Shown in pieces: positions 7,948 through 17,944 of a DNA stretch of 64,000 nt; within the stretch, counting starts at the first letter, position 1, and each line of letters starts with the position of its first letter. This DNA is from an uncultured Actinomycetes bacterium (GTDB lineage: Bacteria > Actinomycetota > UBA4738 > CALAEC01), in NCBI GenBank assembly GCA_964551945.1, contig CAZKFH010000001.1, forward strand, positions 81,274 through 145,273. Direction: 5' to 3'. A model generated the notes under the pieces. The model saw only the letters and a list, made by a program, of their open reading frames with translations, did not search any database and was not told where the DNA came from. A program made the translations under genes and the position numbers.

Positions 7948-10848
7948 CTACGCGTGGGACTCGCGGAGCCGGTCGGACAGGACGCGCATCACCGCGAGAC
8001 TGACGTCCGGTCGCTCGCGAAGGATGCGCTGGAAGCTCGGCTGGTCGAGGCTGAGCGTTCGCACGGCACCGGCGCATTGCAGCGAGGCCATCCTCGCCTC
8101 CTGGCCGATAACGGCCATCTCGCCGACGTACTCGCCGACGGTACGCCTCGCCACCTCCCGCGGCGCCTCGCCGTCATGGCGCACCAGCACCTTGATCTCG
8201 CCCGCCACGACGATGTACATCTCGTCGCCGGCCTCACCCTGCTCGGCGATCACCTCCCCGTCGGGGTAGGCGTGCTCCGAGGCGACTTCGGCGACGTGCT
8301 TGAGGTCCTCGGGCGTCAGGTCCGCGAACAGCGGGACCTTCTTCAGGAAGATGACCCGCTGCAGCAGCGAGAGGGTGGAAAGCGTCTCCACGAGGCTTCC
8401 ATTCAACGCCATCGTGGCGGCCTCGCGCACCAGCCGGTCGGGATCGGACGCGGCCAGCTCCTCCAGGGCCGGGGTCGAATCGGATCCCGCGGCCGCGAGT
8501 ACGGCACACGCTCGCAGCCAGGGGTCCGCTTCCTTCATGAGCTCTGCGATCACCGGTGCGCTGTCGGCGGATGGCGATGCGGCCGTTTCCCAAACCGCCA
8601 GCAAGGGCCGGACGACGTCGGCATCCCCGACGGCTTCCAAGGTCTCGAGCGCGTTCGCTCGTTGTTGCGGGTCCTTGCTGGACAGGTTCTCGAGGGCCGC
8701 ACGCATGGCCAAGGTGTCGCCTTGCCGGCCGGAGGCACGCAGGGCGTTGAGCGCATGCCGCACGGCGCGGTGTCGGACGGCGTGCGCGAGGAGCTCGAGC
8801 CGATCGTCTCCTCCCGAGCTCACCGCGAGCCACAGCCGCTGATAGCGGCTCGCCGAGGTCACCTGATCCAGGGCGTACGAGCGAAGCTCGGCTCGTGACG
8901 GACCCGGGACCGCCGCCAACGCCCGCACGGCTCCGGCTTCGAGCTGCGGCCGTGCCAGGGCGATGACCAGCGCGTCTTCCGCGGAAGCACCAAGCCGAGC
9001 CAGCGCATCCGCGGCGGCGTCGCGGACCACGGCCTCGGGATCCCCGAGCGCCGCGATCAGAGGCTCGATCGCCACGTCGGGCTCGAAGCGCGAGAGCGCA
9101 TCCGCGGCCGTCGCTCGTACCGCCGGAGCTTCGTCCGACAGCGCGCCGATCACGGCTTCCGGTTCCACCCGCGTCTGCCCGAGGATTCGCACCGCCCACG
9201 AGCGCCGCTCCGGATCGGGGTCTCGGGACATCTCGACCAGGAGTGGGATCGCGTCGAGCGCACCCGCCGCGCGAGCCCGGACCTCCGGTTCGGGGTCCTC
9301 TAGCAGGGGCTCGATAGCGCTTGCCACCGACGGGTCCGTGCTCCGCTCGAGGCCTCGCAGGGCCGTTGCTCGGATCTCGGGCGCCGGGTCGGACAGCGCC
9401 GGCACCAGGACGTGCTCGGCATCGGGACCAGAGACCTCCGCGAGGATCTCGAGCGAGACACGGCGAACCGTTGGGTCGGGATCCGTGGCACCGGCGAGCA
9501 CCGCGGCGTTGGCCTCGGCATCGTTGCGGATGCCGCCGAAGGGCTCTTCCTCCAGGCGGAAGACATCCGGGTTGCCGGCTCGCAGGGCTTCGACCAGCGC
9601 GCTTGCGTATGCCCGCCGAGCGCGCCACATCGCCACGACCGCGAGCACCGCGGCGAACGCGCCGATCACGTAAAGCTGATCCGGCTCGAGAACCCGCTCG
9701 GCCAGGATCAGGAGGAGGCCCGACAGGACGATACCGGCTTGGAGCGGCCCGCCGTCCATGAACAGACGCGTCCTGGCGCGTCGCTCCGAAGGCACCACGT
9801 TGAACAGCGCCTGCCACCCGGTGGCCCACACGCCGTTCACCCACACCATCTGCAGGAACCGGAAGCCGATCAGCACCGCGAACGACGTGCTCACGATGAG
9901 CGCCGCGTAGCCGGCGAGGTAGAAGACGGCCAGCATCAGCACCATCGCGAGGACGCCGAACTTCGCGAACAGACGATTCGCCGCCACCACGGAGACCAGG
10001 AGGGCCGCGCCGTTGCTCGCGCCCATGAACAGGCCGAGGAATCCCGCGAGCTGATCGGTCTCCGGGAAGCGAGCGGTCGCGGCACGAGCGAACAACAGGG
10101 CCAGGGTGAAGTACAGGACCGCGAAAAGCACGAGTCCGATCGACATCCATCGCAGGAGGGGCCAACTCCACACGTCCCGGAACCCCTGCGCCATCTGCGA
10201 CCGCACGCCCGGTCCTCGACCACGCCGCTTCCCTCGAGGCGCGACCGGTACGGTCCCGATCAGAGATCGCGCAACGAAGAACGTCGCCACGAGGGCTGCC
10301 GCCCAGAGTAGGAGCAGGTTCTCCGTGTGTAGCCAGCCGGCGAGCGGCCCCGTGGAGAGCCCGCCGACAACGCCGCCGAGGATCAGCCCCGCGCCGTACA
10401 GCGGGAACAGCCGCTTCGCCTGGCGCGTGTCGCTGATCGCGCCCGCCAGCCCCCACGACCCCATGACCTGCACTGTCCAGACGACCATCATCACGAGCCA
10501 CAGGACCGGGTAGAACCACCGAGCGCCGGGGAGCAGCGCGAGCCTCGCCGCGACGAGCGCCGCTGCGAGCGCGAGTGGGAGCCGCGTCAGGAAGCGCGTC
10601 GCCTCACGCGAGAGAAGCGCTCCCATCCCCACCATGACCGCGAACGTGATCGGACCGAGCACGAGGTAGAGGTAGGGGAGGAACTCGGGTCCGTAGCGCG
10701 AGAAGAAGAGGGACTCCACCCCCGCGGAGCCGATGATGGCGCCGGCCATCCCAACGATCATCAGAGTCACCATGCGGAACGCCGTGGCACCCTCGCCGGG
10801 ACGGATCTTCAGTGCGCCTTGCAGCCGGGCCGCAGGGGCTAACGCCAT
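7948..10848 (-). CDS. Npt1/Npt2 (TLC, ATP/ADP-translocase-like) transporter domain fused to HEAT repeats and a C-terminal cyclic-nucleotide-binding domain
   Basis: ~440-aa 12-TM N-terminus. Repeated 'DPxPxVRxxAxxAL' HEAT/PBS-lyase repeats. C-terminal cNMP-binding fold ('FLKKVPLFADL…GEMA'). Confidence 0.7.
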   Translation of the reverse strand: MALAPAARLQGALKIRPGEGATAFRMVTLMIVGMAGAIIGSAGVESLFFSRYGPEFLPYLYLVLGPITFAVMVGMGALLSREATRFLTRLPLALAAALVAARLALLPGARWFYPVLWLVMMVVWTVQVMGSWGLAGAISDTRQAKRLFPLYGAGLILGGVVGGLSTGPLAGWLHTENLLLLWAAALVATFFVARSLIGTVPVAPRGKRRGRGPGVRSQMAQGFRDVWSWPLLRWMSIGLVLFAVLYFTLALLFARAATARFPETDQLAGFLGLFMGASNGAALLVSVVAANRLFAKFGVLAMVLMLAVFYLAGYAALIVSTSFAVLIGFRFLQMVWVNGVWATGWQALFNVVPSERRARTRLFMDGGPLQAGIVLSGLLLILAERVLEPDQLYVIGAFAAVLAVVAMWRARRAYASALVEALRAGNPDVFRLEEEPFGGIRNDAEANAAVLAGATDPDPTVRRVSLEILAEVSGPDAEHVLVPALSDPAPEIRATALRGLERSTDPSVASAIEPLLEDPEPEVRARAAGALDAIPLLVEMSRDPDPERRSWAVRILGQTRVEPEAVIGALSDEAPAVRATAADALSRFEPDVAIEPLIAALGDPEAVVRDAAADALARLGASAEDALVIALARPQLEAGAVRALAAVPGPSRAELRSYALDQVTSASRYQRLWLAVSSGGDDRLELLAHAVRHRAVRHALNALRASGRQGDTLAMRAALENLSSKDPQQRANALETLEAVGDADVVRPLLAVWETAASPSADSAPVIAELMKEADPWLRACAVLAAAGSDSTPALEELAASDPDRLVREAATMALNGSLVETLSTLSLLQRVIFLKKVPLFADLTPEDLKHVAEVASEHAYPDGEVIAEQGEAGDEMYIVVAGEIKVLVRHDGEAPREVARRTVGEYVGEMAVIGQEARMASLQCAGAVRTLSLDQPSFQRILRERPDVSLAVMRVLSDRLRESHA

Positions 10849-12794
10849 GCGACGATGCCGACCCGGACCGGCTCGGCGATGCCCTTCAAAGAAACTTCGC
10901 GAACGGCCGAGAGCTCGACTCCGTCGCCGGCGTCCTTGGCCGTCTCCTCGCTGGCCAGGATCTCGCCGCCTTCGGCCAGCGCGGCGATGCGTGCGGCCTT
11001 GTGGACCTCGACGCCGCCGTAGTCCTGCCCGCGGCGGGTCCCCTTACCGCTGTGGATGCCAATGCGAACCATCAGCGCGAAGCCGTGGGTCCGTCGGTGC
11101 TCCTCGAGCGCTCGCTGCACCGCCACCGCGCACCGCAGCGACGCCGATGCGTCGGGGAACGCGACGAAGAACCCGTCGCCCGTTGGATGCGCCACCTCGC
11201 CGCCGTGAGATGCGAAGAGCGAGCGCAGGGTCCGGTCGTGCCAGGTGAGGAGGTTCTCCCATGCCCCGTCGCCGATCACGCCGATCAGGTCCGTTGACTT
11301 GACGATGTCCGTGAACAGGAACGTCCGTCCCACGCGCTCGGGTTGCTCGACCGAGGAGGCCATCTCGCCCAGCAGCTCGCTTGCCTGCTCGGCTGCCGCC
11401 ACGGCCCCGAGCTGCGTGAACGCCTCCCGGGCGGCGCGAGCCTCTGACACGGCGGCCTCGTCGTTGCCCAGGGCTCGCTGCGCCTTCGCCAGCAGCATGC
11501 GCGTCTCGGCCACCTCGAATGGGGCGTTGACGTTCTGCCACGTCTTCTGCGCCTGCCGGAGGTCCCGGAGGGCCGCATCCGGCTCGCCACGAGCCAGCAG
11601 CACGGCGCCGCGCGCGTGCGCGGCGATGGCGTGGATGGGCTCGCTCTGGTACTCGCCGATGATCGTGTCGAGCTCGTCTGTGGCGGCGGTCGCCGTCTCG
11701 AGGTCGTCTCCGGCGAGCGCTATCTCGGTTTGGGCGGCGAGAAGTCGTACCCGCAGGCAGTGGTTCCCGCGACTCTCGGCCAATGCCTGATCGATCCCGG
11801 CGGCTGCCGCTTGGACCTTCCCCTGGGCCAGCCGCAACAACGACGTGCCGGGCTCGGCGTCGTGGCCGTACTGGTGCGCGCGTGCGTACGCCTCCTCCGC
11901 CTCGACGAAGTCGCCGAGTCGCCGACGCACCTCGCCGATCTCGTGGTAGGCGGGGCCGAGGCCGACCATGAAATTGAACCGAGGCAGCTCCTCACACGCG
12001 AGGCGGGCCTCGTGCTCCGCCTCACTCAACGAACCCCGAAGCCGCATGAGCTCGGCCTTGTGGATCCGGCACACACCGGGAAACGCGGGCACTCCTTGGC
12101 GTTCGGTCCATCGCAAGGTTGCCTCGGTCCACTCGGCCGCTCGTTGGTAGTCACCGAGCTTCGAGCAGATGCCGATCATTCCGCAGTAGACGTATCCCGC
12201 GGCCTGAGGCTCGAGCTCGCCACCGACGACGGCGACCATCGCCTCGTCGAGGAGTTTCATGCCCTCCTCGACCCTCCCAAGGAGGCAGAGTGCACTTCCC
12301 TTGTCGTGGAGGCACATGCCCGCGAGGTCCCGGTCCCCGGTTGTGCCCGCGAGCTCGATCGCCTCGTCGTATGCAGCGATCGCGGCCTCGAAGTCCGACG
12401 CGAACCAGCTCATGAGTCCTCGCAGCCACAACAGCCACCCGTTCACGGGCCACGAGGGGTCCTCCTCGGCCAGGCGTTGCGCCTTGGCCGCCCATCCTTG
12501 CGACTGCGGGCCCGCTGTCCGCATCGCGTGCTGCTGGCTGATCCGGAACGCCGACATGGCGGCAGCAGGGCGGTTGTCCTCGTCGAGGTAGCCGCGGTAA
12601 GCCCGTTCCAGGAGGTCGAGGGTCTCCTCCGGGTGCTCGCTCCAGTAGGCCGCGGAGGCCAGCAGCTCGAGACCCTCGCCGTTCAGGGCACCGGCCTTGT
12701 CCGCCTGCGAGAGCGCCTCGTACGCTTCGCCCCAGGCGTGGCGGTCCAGCGCATCCCGGCCGATCGCGACCGGGTCGTCCGTGTTGGTAGCCAT
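10839..12794 (-). CDS. TPR-repeat regulator with C-terminal class III adenylate/guanylate cyclase domain
   Basis: C-terminal 'FLFTDIVKSTDL…GDGFFVAFP…VRIGIHSG' are class III cyclase catalytic motifs. The stop overlaps the downstream gene's start by 10 nt. Confidence 0.8.
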   Translation of the reverse strand: MATNTDDPVAIGRDALDRHAWGEAYEALSQADKAGALNGEGLELLASAAYWSEHPEETLDLLERAYRGYLDEDNRPAAAMSAFRISQQHAMRTAGPQSQGWAAKAQRLAEEDPSWPVNGWLLWLRGLMSWFASDFEAAIAAYDEAIELAGTTGDRDLAGMCLHDKGSALCLLGRVEEGMKLLDEAMVAVVGGELEPQAAGYVYCGMIGICSKLGDYQRAAEWTEATLRWTERQGVPAFPGVCRIHKAELMRLRGSLSEAEHEARLACEELPRFNFMVGLGPAYHEIGEVRRRLGDFVEAEEAYARAHQYGHDAEPGTSLLRLAQGKVQAAAAGIDQALAESRGNHCLRVRLLAAQTEIALAGDDLETATAATDELDTIIGEYQSEPIHAIAAHARGAVLLARGEPDAALRDLRQAQKTWQNVNAPFEVAETRMLLAKAQRALGNDEAAVSEARAAREAFTQLGAVAAAEQASELLGEMASSVEQPERVGRTFLFTDIVKSTDLIGVIGDGAWENLLTWHDRTLRSLFASHGGEVAHPTGDGFFVAFPDASASLRCAVAVQRALEEHRRTHGFALMVRIGIHSGKGTRRGQDYGGVEVHKAARIAALAEGGEILASEETAKDAGDGVELSAVREVSLKGIAEPVRVGIVAWR

Positions 12795-12905
12795 CGAGGC
12801 GATGGTACGCGCAGCGCCTGAAGGACGTGGGCTCGTGATCTCGCCAACCCTTTCGGTCCGGCGTCGCTCGTCGATCTCGATCGGCGAAAGGGCTTGCGGC
12901 TCGCG

Positions 12906-14480
12906 TCAGGAGTCGAGCGCCCTCGTCGTCGCCGTCGATCCCATCCGCATGGAGCGGTCGAACACCACGTAGCGAGCCCGGCCGTCCTCCTTCGCCCTAT
13001 AGAGGGCTATGTCCGCGGCGCGGACGAGCTCGTCGGGGCTCTCGTCGGCCCGTTTGCCCACGGCGATCCCGATGCTCGTCGTCACGACGACCTCACCTGC
13101 ATCGAGAACCATGGGTTCGGCGATCGCCTGTAGGAGCCGCCCCCCGATGACGGGGACCTCATCCTCGCTCCGGAGATCCTCGAGCAGGATGACGAACTCG
13201 TCCCCGCCGAATCTCGCGGGGGTATCGACCTCCCGCACCACGCCCCGGATGCGTTCCGTCATGTGCCGGAGCACGCTGTCTCCCGCCTCATGTCCCAGGG
13301 TGTCGTTGATCACCTTGAACCGGTCGAGGTCGAGGAATGCGACCGCGACGGTTCCCGGGCGTCGCGCCGATCGGGCGAGAGCCTGCTTCAGCCGATCCAT
13401 GAACAGCGTCCGGTTGGCGAGACCGGTCAGTTGATCGTGGAGCGCTCGCCGAATCAGCTCCTTCTCTGCTCGATCGCGCGCGCTCAGATTCTCACGGCGT
13501 TCGGCGACGACGGCGGCGAGGAGGAAGCTCGAGAGCGCCGCGCTGGCGTTGAAGACTTGCAGCGTCACCATCTTGTCCGCCAGGCCGGCCCCGGCGAAGG
13601 GACCGGTTGCGTCCAGGGCGGCCCAGATCGCACCGCCGGAGGCGACCAGAACGGCCAACGTGGCTCCCCGTTGGCCGAAGCGCCAGGCGGCCCACGCCAG
13701 GAGCGGGAACACCAGGTACTGGATCGGGAGCTGGCTCCGGAAGACGAGGTAAGTGGTCGCCGCCAGCAGCAGGGCGAGAGAGATGACCTCGATCCGGCGA
13801 GGCCACGGAACCGTCTTGCCTCGCGGCCGCCATCGCGCCAGGGTGAGCAGGAGCGGCGCGAAGACGAGCACGCCCATCGCGTCGCCGGCCCACCAAACCA
13901 GCCAGGTGGCGAGGAACGCCATCTGCGGGATCGCGTCCGAGAGCAATAGCGTCGAGGTTCCGGCCGTGGCGCTCACGGTCATTCCGAGCAGCGCTCCGAG
14001 GAACACGATGGCCATGGCATCGCGAAGCCTCTGGAGATCCGGCCTGAATCCGGTGACGCGCAGCAGCGACACGGCAACCAGCGGGGCGGCGGTGTTTCCG
14101 GCGGCGATGCTTGCAGCGGCGAGCGCCGTGGGCCCGATGGGGAGGTTCACCAGGAACGCGCTGACCGCGATGCCGGGCCACATGCGCCGCCCGAACAGGA
14201 GCATCCCCGCTACGGCGATTCCGGTCGGGGGCCAGATCGGCGTGACCTGATCCCGAACCAGGGCGAGGCGCAGACTCAGGCGAGCAGCGAAGTAGTAGAC
14301 CACCGCGAGAGCGGCCATCTTCGCGATGTCCACCAGAATCCTGCGAGCGGGAGAGTCGCGCGTGGGAAGGGCGGCTGCCGTAGGGGCGGACCGTTCCTCA
14401 GCAGTGCGGTTCGGGCTCACGGCTCCACATTCCTCGAGGGGGCGGTGCGATCGAAGCATCAGCTTCGGGTTGGGATCCAT
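12906..14480 (-). CDS. MASE1 membrane sensor domain fused to GGDEF diguanylate cyclase
   Basis: Start re-assigned to ATG at 14480 ('MDPNPK…'). ~300-aa polytopic N-terminus, then 'RFGGDEFVILL' GGDEF active site with the RxxD I-site region. Confidence 0.75.
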   Translation of the reverse strand: MDPNPKLMLRSHRPLEECGAVSPNRTAEERSAPTAAALPTRDSPARRILVDIAKMAALAVVYYFAARLSLRLALVRDQVTPIWPPTGIAVAGMLLFGRRMWPGIAVSAFLVNLPIGPTALAAASIAAGNTAAPLVAVSLLRVTGFRPDLQRLRDAMAIVFLGALLGMTVSATAGTSTLLLSDAIPQMAFLATWLVWWAGDAMGVLVFAPLLLTLARWRPRGKTVPWPRRIEVISLALLLAATTYLVFRSQLPIQYLVFPLLAWAAWRFGQRGATLAVLVASGGAIWAALDATGPFAGAGLADKMVTLQVFNASAALSSFLLAAVVAERRENLSARDRAEKELIRRALHDQLTGLANRTLFMDRLKQALARSARRPGTVAVAFLDLDRFKVINDTLGHEAGDSVLRHMTERIRGVVREVDTPARFGGDEFVILLEDLRSEDEVPVIGGRLLQAIAEPMVLDAGEVVVTTSIGIAVGKRADESPDELVRAADIALYRAKEDGRARYVVFDRSMRMGSTATTRALDS

Positions 14481-14614
14481 GCGAAGGGACGCGAGGATTG
14501 TATCCACCCCAACGCCCCGGAAAGGAGAGTTGACCTGCGGATCTGCAGGAAGTCCGGCACCCGATGGCCCCTCCCGTGGGCATGCCCGTTGTCGATGCCC
14601 GAAGGGGGAGCAGA

Positions 14615-14917
14615 ATGGTCTTGGATGAGCGACGTCGCCAGCAGATGTACCGCAAGCTTGAGGAGATCCTCGGGCCGGACGAGGCAAGCACGCTGATGGA
14701 GCCCCTGCCTCCAGTGGGCTGGGGAGATGTTGCTCGCCAGAGTGACATCGTGTTACTTCGGCGCGACCTGGACAACATGGCTGAGCGGCTCTCGGACCGG
14801 TTCGAGGCGAAGCTCGAGTCCAAGCTGAACTCTCAAACCAAGACCCTGGTGGCCCTGATGTCCGCGCAGACTCTCGCCGTCGCCGGTCTGGCTTTCGCTG
14901 CGGCGCGTCTCGCCTAG
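14615..14917 (+). CDS. hypothetical coiled-coil protein with C-terminal transmembrane anchor
   Basis: ATG at 14615 preceded by GGGGGAG. 100 aa with a hydrophobic C-terminal tail. Confidence 0.4.
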   Translation: MVLDERRRQQMYRKLEEILGPDEASTLMEPLPPVGWGDVARQSDIVLLRRDLDNMAERLSDRFEAKLESKLNSQTKTLVALMSAQTLAVAGLAFAAARLA

Positions 14918-14926
14918 TCGAGGCGG

Positions 14927-15832
14927 CTATTGCCCCGGCGAATCTCGGGCCGGACGCAGAGCTCCCAGGTAGACCCCCACCAGGACGAGGATCGAGCCGA
15001 TCACGAAGCCCGTCGTGATGCGCTCGTCGAACAACCAGGCCGCCAGAGCGATGCCGAACACAGGCGCGAGCACGAACTCGTACGACGTGGCGCTGGCCGA
15101 CCAACGCCTCAGCACGAACAGGTAGAGCCCGAACACGCCGACGGTGCCGAAGGTCACGAGGTACGCCTGCGCCACCCACGTCGAGGTCGCCGTGGGGATC
15201 GCGTACGACTCGCCGAAGAAGGGCATGAGCACGAGGAGCATCACGGCTCCAACGGCCATGGCGATCGCGTTCCTGGCGGCCGGATGCACCTGGGGGAACG
15301 CCTTCACGACGACGGCTCCCTCGGCGGCGCACGCAGAGGCGGCGAGGATCGCCAGCAGGGAAGCGACGGGGATGCCCTCGCCGGCGCTCACGCTGAAGAT
15401 CACGGCGGTACCGGCGACGACGATGGCGGCGCCGAGCATGCTGTCCCAACGGAACCGCTCCTGGCCGTGAGCGAGTGCCAAGAGGAAGGTGAGGAGTGGG
15501 CCGGTGGCCAGGATCACGCCGGCGAGCCCCGCCGGAGCTTCCTGCAGGCCCCAGTACACGAAGGCGAAGAACGTGCCGATCGTGAGCGCGCCGTACAGCA
15601 CGGCCCCGACCAGCGCGCGCCCGCGAGGCATCGGCGCGCGCACAACTCGTGCGGCCACCGCGAAGATGAGTGCCGCCAGCACGAACCGCGAGGCGGCCGC
15701 CCACATGGGATCGAGGTCGCCGGCTCGCGCGATGTACTTCACGGAGGTGATGTTGCCCGCGATCCCGATGGTCATCGCGAGGAAGGCCACGATGGTGATC
15801 CGGTCCCGGGCGACTCCGGCAGGCTGTTGCAC
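14927..15832 (-). CDS. DMT superfamily (EamA-like) transporter
   Basis: 10-TM, 301 aa, duplicated EamA-domain pattern. Confidence 0.75.
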   Translation of the reverse strand: MQQPAGVARDRITIVAFLAMTIGIAGNITSVKYIARAGDLDPMWAAASRFVLAALIFAVAARVVRAPMPRGRALVGAVLYGALTIGTFFAFVYWGLQEAPAGLAGVILATGPLLTFLLALAHGQERFRWDSMLGAAIVVAGTAVIFSVSAGEGIPVASLLAILAASACAAEGAVVVKAFPQVHPAARNAIAMAVGAVMLLVLMPFFGESYAIPTATSTWVAQAYLVTFGTVGVFGLYLFVLRRWSASATSYEFVLAPVFGIALAAWLFDERITTGFVIGSILVLVGVYLGALRPARDSPGQ

Positions 15833-15865
15833 GAGCGGAATCTACATCGAGGCTATCGTGCTGCG

Positions 15866-16405
15866 GTGGCGATACGAAGGGTCCCGACCGACGAGCTCAG
15901 CGCGAACGAGCTGGCGGAACTCGATCGAATGGTTCGCGCCGCCTTCTCCGACTATCCCGAGGGGTTCAGCGACGAGGACTGGGACCATGCCCTCGGAGGC
16001 GTCCACTTCATCCTGGAGGAGGACGGGGTCGTCGCGGCTCACGCGTCGGTGGTCGAGCGAGAGCTGCACGCGGGTGACCATCACTTGGTAGCCGGATACG
16101 TCGAGGCGGTTGGGACGAGGAAGGATTCTTGGGGTCGCGGCTACGGCTCGGTGGTGATGCGCGAGGTTGGGGAGTACATCGACAAGAACTTCTCGCTCGG
16201 TGCGCTGGACACGGGTGTCAACGCTTTCTACGAGCGGTTGGGATGGGTCACTTGGAAGGGTCCCACCTTCGTCCGGACGGAGTCAGGACCCGTCCGAACG
16301 GAAGAGGACGACGGCAGCGTGATGGTGCGCCTCACGCCGGCCTCCCCGGAGCTCGACCTCACAGCACCGATCAGCTGCGAGTGGCGCTCGGGCGATGTCT
16401 GGTAG
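15866..16405 (+). CDS. aac: aminoglycoside 2'-N-acetyltransferase, AAC(2') family (GNAT)
   Basis: C-terminus '…GPTFVRTESGPVRTEEDDGSVMV…CEWRSGDVW' matches the AAC(2') C-terminus '…GPVRTPDDDGTV…CDWRAGDVW' closely. GTG start at 15866 (uncertain; TTG at 15827 is an alternative). Confidence 0.75.
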   Translation: MAIRRVPTDELSANELAELDRMVRAAFSDYPEGFSDEDWDHALGGVHFILEEDGVVAAHASVVERELHAGDHHLVAGYVEAVGTRKDSWGRGYGSVVMREVGEYIDKNFSLGALDTGVNAFYERLGWVTWKGPTFVRTESGPVRTEEDDGSVMVRLTPASPELDLTAPISCEWRSGDVW

Positions 16406-16448
16406 CCGCGACCGGTCGTTGCCACCCTCGATCAGGATGGGTGGCTAG

Positions 16449-17147
16449 TTAGGGGTTGACGTTGGTGCTGGAATCGCAGCTACCCGTTGCGGTATCGGTT
16501 CCGCCCCCCGGTGGGGGATCGCCACCATCGCAGATGTCCATGCCGGGGCCACCGGAGAGGTTATCGCTGCCGTCGCCGCCGTAGAGATCGTCGTCATCGG
16601 CGCTACCCCAGAGGAGGTCGTCGCCGTCGCCACCGAAGAGGGTGTCGTTGCCGGCCTTGCCGACGAGAGCGTCACGGGCTGCGCCGCCCTTAATGGTGTC
16701 CAAGCCAGGGTTACCGACCAGTTCATCCCTACCCTCGCCGCCGGAGATCTCGTCATTGCCGCTGAAACCGCCGATGCTGTCTTTATCGTCGCCGCCGTAG
16801 AGATCGTCGTCACCGCCGAAACCGCAGATGAGGTCGTCGCCGGCCAGAGCGTAGATGATGTCGTCACCAGATGTGCCGTAGATCGTGTCATTTCCGAGTG
16901 TGCCCATTGTGGTCTGGTTCGGACCCGTTGCCGTGATGGTCGCCGAATTGTTCAAACAGTTGGTCGCCGGCACGGTATTCGCCATTCTGCTGACGCGGGC
17001 GCCGGTCGCGCCGCCGGCGGGGGAGAAGGGGGCGACGACCACGAGGCTCGCCGCAAGTGCAGCCACGAGGACGAACGCGACCCGGGGGCGCGGAAACCCT
17101 CGCGTCGGAAGGATGCTGATGGACCTCGCTGGTCTCATGCTCTTCAT
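16449..17147 (-). CDS. secreted RTX-type (hemolysin-type GGxGxD) calcium-binding repeat protein
   Basis: Signal peptide, then tandem 'GGxGxDxL' nonapeptide repeats. Confidence 0.75.
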   Translation of the reverse strand: MKSMRPARSISILPTRGFPRPRVAFVLVAALAASLVVVAPFSPAGGATGARVSRMANTVPATNCLNNSATITATGPNQTTMGTLGNDTIYGTSGDDIIYALAGDDLICGFGGDDDLYGGDDKDSIGGFSGNDEISGGEGRDELVGNPGLDTIKGGAARDALVGKAGNDTLFGGDGDDLLWGSADDDDLYGGDGSDNLSGGPGMDICDGGDPPPGGGTDTATGSCDSSTNVNP

Positions 17148-17203
17148 CGTCTTCTCTCCTTCGTTGTTCCGTCGGCCGAACTAACAACATGGTTAGTGAG
17201 GGG

Positions 17204-17935
17204 TTAGCCAGATAGCGTGACGACGATGCTTGGCGGTGATGATCCCACCGTAACCGTGTAGTCGCGCTGGCTGTCGAGCCCGATCACCCAGTCGAGCTGG
17301 TCCTCGAAATCCTCCTCGAGGTGCACCTCACGTACGAAACTGCCGGACGGCGTGATCACGTCAGGCCCCGTGTAGATCTGCGTTCCGGTGGTGAGATCGA
17401 ACCGTGAAGCGGGCTGCATCTCGATGACCAGGAAGGCAGAGCCCTGGACCGTGAACGGATTCCCTGACGGGAACTGAGTGAAGCCCGGGCCTGGACGGTA
17501 CTCGATGGTGAACGACGGGGTCGAGGACTGGAACACGAACTCGACTCGACACTCGAAGACCCCGATCTCCGCCAGAAGCGAGGTGCTCTGCGAGCTCCCC
17601 TGGCCCGATTTCTGGGCGGTGTCCCCGCCCGTGGGACACGCACCCGTGCCACCCTGCCGAGCGAGCCGGGCCTCGAGGCCCTCGATCTCCGCGAGCGCAT
17701 CCTCGAGGTTGGCGGCTGCCTGATCATCGATGGCGATCCGATCGACGGCGTCGCGCACCGCGGAGAACTGGAACCAAAGAAGGAGGCAGCAGATGACCTT
17801 CAAGACGAGCAACGCGACAGCGATCCCGATGATCCATCTCCAGCGGCGCCGCCGTCCTTCCCTGTACTCCGAGACCTCTTCAAGCGCAGCTTCCCCTGGC
17901 GGATCCCCCCTCGCTGTCCTCCTCTTCTCGGGCAT
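17204..17935 (-). CDS. type-II membrane-anchored hypothetical protein (cytoplasmic tail, CC-containing TM, coiled coil, extracellular domain)
   Basis: TM 'WIIGIAVALLVLKVICCLLLWF'; architecture paralogous to the next gene. Confidence 0.45.
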   Translation of the reverse strand: MPEKRRTARGDPPGEAALEEVSEYREGRRRRWRWIIGIAVALLVLKVICCLLLWFQFSAVRDAVDRIAIDDQAAANLEDALAEIEGLEARLARQGGTGACPTGGDTAQKSGQGSSQSTSLLAEIGVFECRVEFVFQSSTPSFTIEYRPGPGFTQFPSGNPFTVQGSAFLVIEMQPASRFDLTTGTQIYTGPDVITPSGSFVREVHLEEDFEDQLDWVIGLDSQRDYTVTVGSSPPSIVVTLSG

Positions 17936-17944
17936 ATTTGCTCC

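Noticed and set aside
8234-10519. 761-aa minus-strand ORF rich in Arg/Gly/Pro
   Set aside because: Lies entirely inside the TLC-HEAT-cNMP gene in another frame. Composition is typical of an alternate frame of GC-rich coding DNA; no domain signal.
12906-15704. 932-aa version of the GGDEF gene and the 14930-16405 plus-strand ORF
   Set aside because: N-terminal extensions are RG-rich and overlap the EamA gene. Trimmed to the MASE1-GGDEF core (start 14480) and to the AAC(2') core (start 15866).
16445-16891. 148-aa Thr/Ala-rich minus-strand ORF
   Set aside because: Alternate frame of the RTX repeat gene 16449-17147.
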